From assembly GCA_965262715.1 (NCBI GenBank), contig OZ253553.1, positions 1,824,001 through 1,888,000 on the forward strand: a stretch of 64,000 nucleotides of DNA. The letters run 5' to 3'. Position numbers and translations under genes: made by a program. Under the pieces are notes generated by a model that had not been told where the DNA came from, searched no databases, and saw nothing but the letters and a program-made list of their open reading frames with translations. Origin of the DNA: Bdellovibrionales bacterium (GTDB taxonomy: Bacteria > Bdellovibrionota > Bdellovibrionia > Bdellovibrionales > JAUICD01). Shown here one piece after another: positions 11,194 to 20,038 of this stretch (the first letter of the stretch is position 1; each line of letters begins with the position of its first letter).

Positions 11194-11210
11194 ATTGCTA
11201 TTTCTTTCAA
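10728..11210 (-). CDS. membrane-anchored Cys-containing hypothetical protein (paralog of 17827..18297)
   Basis: N-terminal hydrophobic helix LLYLLAIVIIGLLGLLV; six Cys in the C-terminal half; probable start MKLKK at 11192. Confidence 0.7.
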   Translation of the reverse strand: MKEIAIMKLKKTSPRRLLYLLAIVIIGLLGLLVNNARLQFYKNKQEADPKYLSINLNQDTEAAQYYFYANYSPDTDYIEKENATDVNATFINVCQKSCALFKGKELLKACGDMSSEYKFNQYRVYTCSLKITLENDQSLKCEAINNQSFNILCDTFIASL

Positions 11211-11235
11211 TCGAGGAATAACTGAAGAAGGTATT

Positions 11236-11451
11236 GTGAAAGGAAAGGTTGTAAAATTTAACGAAGAGACGGTGACTCTCTCTCAAAAAGGTCATAATGT
11301 TATTGTACCAAGAAAATCTATACCTAAAAATATTAAACTCAGGATAGGTATTGAAGCCCTTGCTATTATCAAAACAACCAGGGATATGGCATCACCTAGT
11401 CAATCTTCTCGCAGTCTAAAATCAGAAGAAAAAACAGAAAAAAAGAAGTAA
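11236..11451 (+). CDS. small hypothetical protein, possibly a fragment
   Basis: ORF track, GTG start; beta-rich N-terminal half; no recognised motif. Confidence 0.4.
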   Translation: MKGKVVKFNEETVTLSQKGHNVIVPRKSIPKNIKLRIGIEALAIIKTTRDMASPSQSSRSLKSEEKTEKKK

Positions 11452-11701
11452 TATATATTGCAAAAATAAGTCAATGATTATTATATTGCAATATTCATAG
11501 AAAAATACTTACTTTGAACATAATTAATATAAAAACCATGAACACTAGAAAAAAGATAGAAGTGCCTACTATAGAATAAACCCCATAGCTCTAGAGGTTG
11601 CTAAAAGAATCTATTTAAGGTAGTTATAAGTAACTTTGAAAAAATCATAAATATGTCTTAAAAATAGAGATTAAAAATAACACTCATCAAATAAGGAAAA
11701 A

Positions 11702-12343
11702 ATGAAGAATAATTTTTATAAACTTGTTTTAGTTACACAAAAATTAGAAAAAGATATAAATGAATATCTGACTTTCCTAAAAATTTGTATTCAAAATGGT
11801 ATTACCTCTATACAGCTAAGAGAGAAAAACTTAAGCTTTCCTGATGCATTTTCCCTTGCATCACATTTAAAAAAATTTTTATCACCTTTTAAAATTCCAC
11901 TGATTATTAATGACAATCTGAAGATAGCATTGGAGACAAATGCTGAAGGGCTTCATCTTGGCCAAAATGATGGTAATATCATCCAAGCAAGAAAACGTTT
12001 AGGGCCAAACAAAATTTTGGGCTTAACTGTTAATTCCTTTGAACAACTTATGAAAGCAAACAAACTACCTGTTGATTATATTGGTATAGGAGCTATTTTC
12101 CCTACAAAAAATAAACCGCATGTACAGAGAGTTTGGGGATGTCAAAATCTTGAAAAAGCAGTTCTGGAGTCTGTGCATAAAGTCATTGCTATAGGTGGGA
12201 TTAATTTAAAGAATGCCAGTGATGTTTTAGATACAGGAGTTCATGGCATTGCAGCTATTGATGTTTTCCATAATACTTCTAGTCCGTGTTTAACAACAAA
12301 AAAATTATTTAACTTAATTAAAAAGAGCAAGCAGTCATGTTAG
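11702..12343 (+). CDS. thiE: thiamine-phosphate synthase
   Basis: IQLREK, LIINDN, GLHLGQND, DYIGIGAIFPTKNK and AIGGI motifs. Confidence 0.95.
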   Translation: MKNNFYKLVLVTQKLEKDINEYLTFLKICIQNGITSIQLREKNLSFPDAFSLASHLKKFLSPFKIPLIINDNLKIALETNAEGLHLGQNDGNIIQARKRLGPNKILGLTVNSFEQLMKANKLPVDYIGIGAIFPTKNKPHVQRVWGCQNLEKAVLESVHKVIAIGGINLKNASDVLDTGVHGIAAIDVFHNTSSPCLTTKKLFNLIKKSKQSC

Positions 12344-13119
12344 AAGAAATCAAACAAGACCTAAAGATATTAAGAAATAAAAAACCATTAATATTGAATT
12401 TAACCAATTATGTCACTATGGATTTTATGGCCAATGCACTTTTAAGTTTAGGTGCAGCACCTATTATGTCTACCTGTAGTGAAGAAATTAAGGAACTTAT
12501 CAAAATCTCAAATGCTATAAATATTAATATTGGCACTTTAAATAAGGACTTAATTGCACTATCAATGCAAGCAGCAGTAATAGCTAAGAAACTTGGGAAG
12601 CCAATTATTTTTGATCCTGTTGGTGCAGGTGCAACAACTATTCGGACGCAAACAGCAAAAAAATTATTGCTTTATAGTAGTGTGGTAAAAGGAAATGCCA
12701 GCGAAATTCTTGCACTTTCTGGAAATGTTCATAAAACACTTGGAGTTGAAAGTATACATACCACTAATCAAGCTAAAGATGTAGCTCATAGTTTAGCATT
12801 AAAAGCAAATTGCATTGTTGTCATTAGTGGTAAAATGGATTTTATCACAGATGGCAAAGATGAGATTCGTCTTAATTTTGGGCATGCCTTAATGCCATAT
12901 ATTACTGGCATGGGCTGTACATTGTCAGCTATGATTGCTGCTTTTTGTGCAATCAACAAAGACTATTTCAAAGCTTGTAAGCATGCAGTTTCTTATTTTA
13001 CTTTATGTGGAAATATCGCAGGCAAAATAAACCCATGCCCCGGGTCTTTTCGCTCTGCTTTTGTTGATGAACTATTTAAAGCTGATTTTAAGCAAATGAA
13101 AGCGTATTATGGTCACTGA
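12337..13119 (+). CDS. thiM: hydroxyethylthiazole kinase
   Basis: PLILNLTNYVTMDFMANALL, INIGTL, DPVGAGAT, KGNASEI and ITGMGC motifs. Confidence 0.96.
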   Translation: MLEEIKQDLKILRNKKPLILNLTNYVTMDFMANALLSLGAAPIMSTCSEEIKELIKISNAININIGTLNKDLIALSMQAAVIAKKLGKPIIFDPVGAGATTIRTQTAKKLLLYSSVVKGNASEILALSGNVHKTLGVESIHTTNQAKDVAHSLALKANCIVVISGKMDFITDGKDEIRLNFGHALMPYITGMGCTLSAMIAAFCAINKDYFKACKHAVSYFTLCGNIAGKINPCPGSFRSAFVDELFKADFKQMKAYYGH

Positions 13120-14071
13120 AGCAGACATTATTCATCAGATAAAAAATAGGTTTCCTGAGCATATTGGTCATGATACGGCGGAAATTGATGTGCCAGCAGA
13201 TTCATGTTGTGTTGTGACTAAGGATCTTTTAATTGATAACATTCATTTTCGCACAGGCTATATTGAGCCAAAGAGCTTAGCTTATAAAGCTCTGCATGCA
13301 AATTTAAGTGATTTAGCAGCAAGTGGAGCACAGCCTAAATTCATTATACTGGGGTTATCTATTCCTAAATCCCAAGGGGCTTACGTTTATGAATTTATAA
13401 ATCATTTTCTAACACTTTGTAAATCTAATCAGGTAAATATTATTGGAGGTGATACCACTGCAAGTCAATCCGGTTTGTTTGTCAGCATCACAGCTATTGG
13501 TTACACCAAAAAAGGTCATAGAAAAACAAGATATGGTGCTAAAAAGAATGATTTGATTTGTGTTACAGGACCTATAGGGAGATCGCACATAGGCCTTCTG
13601 GCACTAGAAAATAAAGTTAATGGATTGCTTGAATTTAAGGAAAGCTTTCTTTTCCCAAAAGCAAAAGTACAAGAAGGCATTTGGCTTGGAAAGCAAAATG
13701 CTGTCACATGCATGATGGATATTTCTGATGGACTTTTTATTGACCTCAAGCGTCTATTAAAAACTTCAAAGGTGAATGCAGAAATTGATTTAGATAAGTT
13801 ACCACTATCAAATAATTTTATAAAGGCCTGTGAACTTTTAAAGCTTGACCCCTTCAATACGTTACTTGTTGGCGGTGAAGACTACGGTTTGTTGTTTACG
13901 ATACAAAATGAGCATTTTATAAAAACATCTCATCAATTTTTTAACAAATTTTCTTATCAATTTCATTGTATTGGTCATATTAAAGATGGCGACGGCATAA
14001 ATATTAAAAGAAGTGGCAATAAAATTAATTTATCTTTAAAACCGTTTTCTCATTTTGGAGAGGAATTATGA
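13109..14071 (+). CDS. thiL: thiamine-monophosphate kinase
   Basis: IHF, NLSDLAASGA, GGDTT, MDISDGL and GGEDYGLLFT motifs. Confidence 0.94.
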   Translation: MVTEADIIHQIKNRFPEHIGHDTAEIDVPADSCCVVTKDLLIDNIHFRTGYIEPKSLAYKALHANLSDLAASGAQPKFIILGLSIPKSQGAYVYEFINHFLTLCKSNQVNIIGGDTTASQSGLFVSITAIGYTKKGHRKTRYGAKKNDLICVTGPIGRSHIGLLALENKVNGLLEFKESFLFPKAKVQEGIWLGKQNAVTCMMDISDGLFIDLKRLLKTSKVNAEIDLDKLPLSNNFIKACELLKLDPFNTLLVGGEDYGLLFTIQNEHFIKTSHQFFNKFSYQFHCIGHIKDGDGINIKRSGNKINLSLKPFSHFGEEL

Positions 14072-14907
14072 ATACAAGTCAAGAAATGATGAATAAAAAA
14101 TGTTTATCGATTGCTGGTTTTGACGGATCAGGTGGTGCCGGAATTCAAGCAGATTTAAAAACATTCTCTGCTCTTGGTTGTTATGGGATGAATGTTCTTA
14201 CAGCCTTGCCAATTCAAAATACTTGTGGTGTTAAAAATTGTTATGATCTACCAGTAAGTGTCATAAACGAACAATTAGAGGCTATATTCGAGGACATTAA
14301 ACCTACCAGTATAAAAATAGGTATGTTGTTTTCTATAGAAATCATCCGATGTGTGGCGGATTTTTTGGAAAAACATGCAAGGGATATTCCCATTATTTTA
14401 GATCCTGTAATGGTTGCCAAAAGTGGTGATTCTTTGCTTTTGCCAAATGCTATAAATATTTTAAAAGAAAAATTAATACCCTTATCTACAATTGTTACTC
14501 CAAATCTTCCTGAAGCATATAGATTAATAGATGGCTCAAAGGAAATAGAAACAATAGCACATCAGATTTTAAAGCTTGGTTGCAAATCTGTCCTAATTAA
14601 AGGCGGACATACTGCTAAGATTCATTCTAATGACTTATTCATGGATACAGAAAACACTTATTGGATTGAATCGGAAAGAATTAAATCTAAGAACACACAT
14701 GGTACAGGATGCACTTTATCTTCTGCTATATGCGCTTTTATTGCGCATGGGTTTTCAGAAAAAATGGCGTGTGTTTATGCTAAACGATATATTTTTGGTG
14801 CTATTAAAGCATCAAAAGATATTACAGTCGGACTTGGTCAAGGACCAGTGCATCATTTTTATCACATATCTTCATATATTGATAAAATTATAGAGAACCA
14901 TTCGTAA
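14068..14907 (+). CDS. thiD: hydroxymethylpyrimidine/phosphomethylpyrimidine kinase
   Basis: IAGFDGSGGAGIQADLKT, KIGML, DPVMVAKSG, TPNLPEA, KGGH and THGTGCTLSS motifs. Confidence 0.96.
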   Translation: MNTSQEMMNKKCLSIAGFDGSGGAGIQADLKTFSALGCYGMNVLTALPIQNTCGVKNCYDLPVSVINEQLEAIFEDIKPTSIKIGMLFSIEIIRCVADFLEKHARDIPIILDPVMVAKSGDSLLLPNAINILKEKLIPLSTIVTPNLPEAYRLIDGSKEIETIAHQILKLGCKSVLIKGGHTAKIHSNDLFMDTENTYWIESERIKSKNTHGTGCTLSSAICAFIAHGFSEKMACVYAKRYIFGAIKASKDITVGLGQGPVHHFYHISSYIDKIIENHS

Positions 14908-15006
14908 AAACACCCTTATTTATTAATCAATATCTAAAAGCATGTTTTAAATACGTTAATGGGGTTACTTATTTCATATTTTATATTATAATTTATTTTC
15001 TTATTA

Positions 15007-15309
15007 TTGGTAATGTTTTATTTATGTAAAGGGATATATATTATGTTGAAAAGGTTTTTATTATTTATATTTTGCTTTGTTTTTACAGTAATGTCTTATG
15101 CTACAGTTCAAGAAGATAGTGATCAGCTTAGCATTGGTGATAAAGTTTACACTATTGATTCTCCCGGAAACAACATAGAAAGATTTCCTTTTAGAGGACC
15201 TTTTGACAGTGTCATTTTAGGTGTAAATAAAAATACAAAAAGTGTGATGGTTTTGTTTGTTGATTCTATGGCTAGCTTCTTTAGCTCAACCAGACCTATT
15301 GAGGTGTAG
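15007..15309 (+). CDS. secreted hypothetical protein, possibly truncated or frameshifted just before IS200
   Basis: Signal-like MLKRFLLFIFCFVFTVMSYA (likely start 15043); no recognised domain. Confidence 0.45.
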   Translation: MVMFYLCKGIYIMLKRFLLFIFCFVFTVMSYATVQEDSDQLSIGDKVYTIDSPGNNIERFPFRGPFDSVILGVNKNTKSVMVLFVDSMASFFSSTRPIEV

Positions 15310-15404
15310 ATGATATTGCTATAGAGTTTGATCCTAATAGTCCTTTTTAAACACTTAGTCTTAGGAGTGGCTTTGTTGCAGAAGGATTTAGATAATTGTG
15401 TTTA

Positions 15405-15950
15405 ATGTCCCTTTCGGGGATGGTTGAAATCCCTCGCCTTCAGGCGACGCTCAATTTGTGGTATAATACTCAATATGAGACAGTACAGACTTAGTTCACA
15501 TACAAAGAGCGATCTTAAGTTTCATATTGTTTGGATTCCTAAATATCGCAAGAAAGTTTTAGTGGGAGAAGTTGCTACAAGGGCAAGGGACTTATTAAGA
15601 AAGATAGCAATGGAACATGATTTGGTAGTTATTTCAGGTAAGGTAGCTAAAGATCATGTTCATATATTTTTATCCTATCGACCACATCAAAGTATAAGTA
15701 AAATAGTTCAGTGGTTAACAGGTATAAGTTCACGAGTTTTACTTCAGGAATTTCCTTATTTGCGCAAGCAGTTTTGGGGTCGTCATTTTTGGGCTAGAGG
15801 TTATCTTGTAGTAAGTTCTGGTAATATAACAGATGAACTCATCAAGAAGTACGTGGATGAACAAGAGGGTGAACAAATAGCGGATGATAGTCAATTTCCA
15901 ATTGACCCTTCTATTTGAACCCCTCGACTTCAAGTCGAGGGTTGTTCAGT
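15405..15950 (+). mobile_element. IS200/IS605-family element, tnpA only
   Basis: Subterminal hairpins cctcgcc-ttca-ggcga (~15431) and cctcgact-tca-agtcgagg (~15921) flank a Y1 transposase; no tnpB. Exact ends approximate. Confidence 0.88.
15475..15918 (+). CDS. tnpA: IS200-type Y1 (HUH) transposase
   Basis: HIVWIPKYRK, DHVHIF (HUH), FWARGY and IKKYVDEQ (catalytic Tyr); ATG at 15475. Confidence 0.95.
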   Translation: MRQYRLSSHTKSDLKFHIVWIPKYRKKVLVGEVATRARDLLRKIAMEHDLVVISGKVAKDHVHIFLSYRPHQSISKIVQWLTGISSRVLLQEFPYLRKQFWGRHFWARGYLVVSSGNITDELIKKYVDEQEGEQIADDSQFPIDPSI

Positions 15951-16124
15951 TTATGTGAGTTGTATATTTCCATTGTTAGATTTATGTTTTTCTAATCAGG
16001 GATTTGTCAAAGTTATAGCCTTTATCATAAGCTTCTATAATCTTACTGCTTTTTTCACGGAGCACATGAGATACTTTAATAGGTATGATATAACCATGTA
16101 TCTTTAATTGGTTTTGCTTTGTAG

Positions 16125-16394
16125 TCATTGATTGCTTATTGGTTGGAACTGGACATTTATAAAATTAACAATTTCGTTTTCATCAATAGCTTCTTGTATA
16201 ATACACTCATCAAAGCTTCTTAACCTTTTAGCTACAAAGTCAATAGCATGATGTTCAGAATTAAATGAAGCTAAAATGCGCTTTTCATGTATTATAAGAT
16301 GTTTGCCCTTATATTTTGGGTTTTCTAAGATTTCTTTTAAATGGTCTTTATACCATTGAGAGTTTTCTTTTTGTTTTTCGTTTAAATCCAACAT
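16125..16394 (-). CDS. small DUF5678-like hypothetical protein
   Basis: Pattern WY..HL.E...KYKGKHLIIHEKRILASF resembles DUF5678; recalled, not searched. Confidence 0.5.
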   Translation of the reverse strand: MLDLNEKQKENSQWYKDHLKEILENPKYKGKHLIIHEKRILASFNSEHHAIDFVAKRLRSFDECIIQEAIDENEIVNFINVQFQPISNQ

Positions 16395-16508
16395 AATTGT
16401 CCCCTTATGTTATTACAATAATTGCACTTTTTTTAAAGACGTACAAGCAGTTTTGCTTGACGTCAAATAGATGTAATAATTACAAGTGTGGCAATTACAG
16501 AGCTAGGT

Positions 16509-17276
16509 CTAGGCAACTAAGCCTTGTTTTTTGCTATCGAGTAACCCGTTACGCCTTGCAACCCTTTTAAGTGTTGTTTGATGCCACTTGCCCTTTTGTC
16601 TTGTTTGAATCTTAAGAGAGTTGATTTCTTTAGTGATAGCTTCCCAAGTCTTGCCACTTTTTCTTAAAACCTTAATGATAGGGACAATTCTTTGATCGGC
16701 AATCTCTCTTTTAGATTGTTTATTTGGAGCAGCTGCTTTTTTCTTAGATGTAGTAACTTTAGTTTGTTCAGCTATTTGAGCTTCTTTAGCTTGTCTTTTC
16801 TTTTCCCATAAAGCTTCTAAACCTTTTCTTACATTAGGGTTATTGTAACCGAGTGGCTTACCTTGCTTCTTAACTTCCTGCAAAGCTCTCTTTGTCCTAT
16901 TGCTGATACTCTCACGTTCATATTGTGCTATAGCACCCATAATGTTGATTGTCAGTGGGGTTGCATCGGGCATATCACATACAACAAAATTGACCTTACT
17001 TCTACCAAGTGAAGTAATAAAATGTAAGTCCCTTGAGAGTCGGCTTAATGTAGCAATAATAAGAGTAGCCTTGTTTTTCTTAGAAGTAGCTAAAGCTTTT
17101 TGAAGTTCCGGTCTATTCTTATCAGACTTGCCACTTTCTTTTTCAGTGAAGCTTTCTAGTGGCTTAATGTCTCCAAGATAGTTTTTGACCATAGTCTTTT
17201 GAGCATCTATACCTAGAGATTGTTTGTTAGTGGATACCCTGTAATAAGCAATATATTTGATTTTTTTATTTCCCAT
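16509..17276 (-). CDS. serine recombinase (resolvase/invertase family)
   Basis: YYRVST (catalytic Ser), ESGK, RPEL, LSRLSRD and ERESISNRTKRAL motifs; C-terminal HTH-like DNA-binding region. Confidence 0.93.
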   Translation of the reverse strand: MGNKKIKYIAYYRVSTNKQSLGIDAQKTMVKNYLGDIKPLESFTEKESGKSDKNRPELQKALATSKKNKATLIIATLSRLSRDLHFITSLGRSKVNFVVCDMPDATPLTINIMGAIAQYERESISNRTKRALQEVKKQGKPLGYNNPNVRKGLEALWEKKRQAKEAQIAEQTKVTTSKKKAAAPNKQSKREIADQRIVPIIKVLRKSGKTWEAITKEINSLKIQTRQKGKWHQTTLKRVARRNGLLDSKKQGLVA

Positions 17277-17633
17277 TTTACACCTCGTTTTTCTTTATTT
17301 CCTAACCTTATATATATAGCTATGACACAGTTTATTATCTATGTCAAGACATTAATACTTATTAATAAATAAACTTATTGTGTTGAATATTAATCATAGA
17401 TTAAATGTTTAATAAGAATACAATAATGATATAGATTACATATCATTAATGGTTACTTTATGTATAATATAATCACTTAGTGCCTCGATTTATCATCAAG
17501 GCCTAAAGAGATTACACCTTTATAACCCTATGGCTGTTAAAGTCCATTGAACCGGCTTATTTGTTTGAAACTCTATCATGTTGAATATTTTTTTCTTGTT
17601 TTTAATGCTTACAACAGCTCTTTTTTTGTCATA

Positions 17634-17707
17634 ATTGATAAAGAAACTGTATTTAACCAAAACACCTTCTTATATTTTCATTTTAGCAAGAAAAATTTCC
17701 TTAACAT
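17634..17707. repeat. 74-bp direct repeat, copy 1; copy 2 at 19965..20038
   Basis: attgataaagaaactgtatt(t/c)aaccaaaaca..ttctt(a/g)tattttcatt(t/c)tagcaagaaaaatttccttaacat seen at both positions with 5 mismatches. Confidence 0.9.
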
Positions 17708-17733
17708 TTTATAAAAAAATAAAGAGATACTCA

Positions 17734-18292
17734 TTACTAAAAATAAACATATTTTTTAAATAAAAGCCCTTTACAAGGGTAGTGTCCTCGCAAAGGGCGG
17801 AGATAAAAAATATCATGAAACTTGTATCATAAAGAAGCTATGAAGGTATCACACAAGATATTAAATGATTGATTATTTATAGCTTCACATTTAAGCGATT
17901 GATCGTTCTCTAAAGTTATTTTTAGAGAGCAAGTGTAAATCCTATATTGGTTAAATTTATCTTCACTGGACAAATCCCCACATGCCTTTAAAAGCTCTTT
18001 ACCTCTTAATAGAGCACATGATTTTTGACAAACATTGATAAAGGTTGCATTACTACCTATGGTATTTACTCTTTCTATATAATCTGTGTCAGGGCTATAA
18101 TTAGCATAGAAGTAATATCGCGCAGCTTCAGTGTCTTGTTTTAAATGGGTTGATAGAAACTCTTTATTGGCTTTCTGTGTATCTTGATAGAATTGTAGTC
18201 TTGCATTGTTTACAAGTAATCCTAGTAAACCAATAATAACAATTGCTAGTAGGTAAAGTAATCTTCTAGGACTTGTTTTCTTTAATTTCATT
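17734..18292. repeat. ~560-bp direct repeat, copy 2
   Basis: Matches 10633..11193. Confidence 0.92.
17757..17798 (-). terminator. Rho-independent terminator, copy 2 (end of pilin operon)
   Basis: Same hairpin and T-tract as 10658..10699. Confidence 0.75.
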
Positions 18293-18297
18293 TTCAA
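17827..18297 (-). CDS. membrane-anchored Cys-containing hypothetical protein (paralog of 10728..11210)
   Basis: Highly similar protein; last gene of the pilin transcription unit. Confidence 0.7.
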   Translation of the reverse strand: MKMKLKKTSPRRLLYLLAIVIIGLLGLLVNNARLQFYQDTQKANKEFLSTHLKQDTEAARYYFYANYSPDTDYIERVNTIGSNATFINVCQKSCALLRGKELLKACGDLSSEDKFNQYRIYTCSLKITLENDQSLKCEAINNQSFNILCDTFIASL

Positions 18298-18398
18298 GCT
18301 CTTTTATTGTTTCTGTTTTTAAATCTTTATGAAACTGTGTAGTTTCTGTTTTATCAAACAAGTAAACCCACGTTATTTTGAACATGGGTTTATTTACT

Positions 18399-18632
18399 TC
18401 ATAAAGAAACTGGTTTAATAGCTTCTCGCTTTAATTGACTGTGCTTATTTCTCTTATCTATTACATCAATTCTTTTGTTTATATTCATAAATGTTCTTGC
18501 GTTTATACGCTGTAATCCATAAAGATGTGATAAATAATGCATGCTAAACAAAGTAGACAATAAAACTGATATGATTATAGATATGAGCATTCCTAAGAAA
18601 AAACCTATCCTTAACTTAACATTCCTTTTCAT
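18399..18632 (-). CDS. small single-TM hypothetical protein coupled to the pilin gene
   Basis: Start overlaps the pilin stop (ATGA); hydrophobic GFFLGMLISIIISVLLSTLF. Confidence 0.6.
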   Translation of the reverse strand: MKRNVKLRIGFFLGMLISIIISVLLSTLFSMHYLSHLYGLQRINARTFMNINKRIDVIDKRNKHSQLKREAIKPVSL

Positions 18633-19387
18633 TTAGTGCCATCCTGTGCATTTTCTACAACTTTTGATTGATTCATGACCCATACATCTTCTTCATTTCC
18701 TCCAATATCTCCAACTGCACCTATAGTAAATGAAGGGTTATACCTATTTGTATTATTAACTTGCGCTTCTCCATTAATCCATGCTCCTGCTGTAGCAGCA
18801 TTTGAAGAATCTTTACATCCACTAGTTGCTGCGGCTGCACAATCTGTCTGATTAGTAGCTGTGCATCCAGTGTCGGTAGCACTACCCGGACCACAAGTTC
18901 CTAAAACAGCATTTACAGTTGACCACTGTACACTTACAGATGTAATCCCAGGAGCTAAGCCACATTTTGTAGCACTACCGCCAGACTTGCATAATTCAAT
19001 GGTGTCACGGTCTGTTACTGCTGATGGTAATGGTCCTCTATAGCCAGGTTCTCTAGTAGCTTTGTTAGGATTTATGATTCCAGTACCTGCTAGAGTATTA
19101 GTAGAAAATCCTACTCTGTATTGCACTAAACCATCTGGAGAAAATCCAGCTTGATCTATATTAGGTGTTGCAAACCCATGCTCTGTTGCAAAAGTAACTT
19201 CTGCTGAATAAACACCAGACATCAATCCTTTTGCCTCTGCTTGTTGTGCCTTTCTTTGGAAGCGTTGATAGTTTGGTATAGCAATCGCTGCCAATATACC
19301 AATGATCGCAACCACTACCATCAATTCAACCAAAGAAAAACCTTTTTGATTTTTCCATTTTTTAATGAATTTAAACTTCGTTTCCAT
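18629..19387 (-). CDS. type IVa pilin (PilA-like)
   Basis: Prepilin site KG|FSLVELMVVVAIIGILAAIAIPNY, then QAEAK...VYSAE; C-terminal FTIGAVG...DVW. Confidence 0.93.
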   Translation of the reverse strand: METKFKFIKKWKNQKGFSLVELMVVVAIIGILAAIAIPNYQRFQRKAQQAEAKGLMSGVYSAEVTFATEHGFATPNIDQAGFSPDGLVQYRVGFSTNTLAGTGIINPNKATREPGYRGPLPSAVTDRDTIELCKSGGSATKCGLAPGITSVSVQWSTVNAVLGTCGPGSATDTGCTATNQTDCAAAATSGCKDSSNAATAGAWINGEAQVNNTNRYNPSFTIGAVGDIGGNEEDVWVMNQSKVVENAQDGTK

Positions 19388-19425
19388 TTTCTTTCCCCTT
19401 TTATTTAATTAATTTTTAAATATTT

Positions 19426-19590
19426 TCCTTAACATGATGTAAAAGAACTAAATGTATCTCCCTTACTTAAAATGAACAGTTTTTTGAGGCAGTCAGCATT
19501 TTATTGAAGGGGATACATCCCGTAGCGTGAGCCTTCAAGCTGACTGTCCAAAAACAGCTAGAAGCTGGTTCATTTTGAGTGAAACAGCTT
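19426..19590. repeat. structured dispersed repeat (MITE/REP/ncRNA-like), copy A
   Basis: Reverse complement aligns with 63315..63463 (aagctgt.tcactcaaaat.aac ... gtt.atttt.agt ... atgttaaggaaa) with compensatory stem changes. Confidence 0.8.
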
Positions 19591-19712
19591 TAAAATAATA
19601 AATCTTTTATGTGTCTTCTTAAGCTGCTTAATTTGAAAGAAAAGATGACCAAAAATATCAAAAATGAAAGCCTTAAAAGTCAAGTCAAAAGGCTGTTTTT
19701 TAACGTAACTGG

Positions 19713-19740
19713 ACTGTAACTTACGTACATAAGTTACAGT
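19713..19740. promoter_or_regulatory. 28-bp palindromic site 1 (11-6-11)
   Basis: ACTGTAACTTA-CGTACA-TAAGTTACAGT; the arms are perfect inverted repeats. Confidence 0.7.
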
Positions 19741-19847
19741 ATTAAGTTCTTAAAATTATTACCGATATAGTTAATGGAAAGGATTTTTCATTGATGGTCA
19801 TTGGTAGGGAAAATGACCAAAAACATCAATGATTTTAAAGGTACACC

Positions 19848-19875
19848 ACTGTAACTTATGTACGTAAGTTACACT
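19848..19875. promoter_or_regulatory. 28-bp palindromic site 2 (11-6-11), spacer inverted relative to site 1
   Basis: ACTGTAACTTA-TGTACG-TAAGTTACACT; TGTACG is the reverse complement of CGTACA. Confidence 0.7.
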
Positions 19876-19964
19876 ACTAAGTAGTTGAAATCATTGAAGT
19901 ACTAGACGGTCTAGTCTAGTATTAAGACAACATTTAAGTTCAGAAAATTATAAAAACGTTGAAT

Positions 19965-20038
19965 ATTGATAAAGAAACTGTATTCAACCAAAACAATTTC
20001 TTGTATTTTCATTCTAGCAAGAAAAATTTCCTTAACAT
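19965..20038. repeat. 74-bp direct repeat, copy 2
   Basis: Matches 17634..17707. Confidence 0.9.

Noticed and set aside
11452..11701. TPP riboswitch upstream of thiE
   Set aside because: Conserved CTGAGA and ACCTGA...AGCGTAGG elements are not visible.
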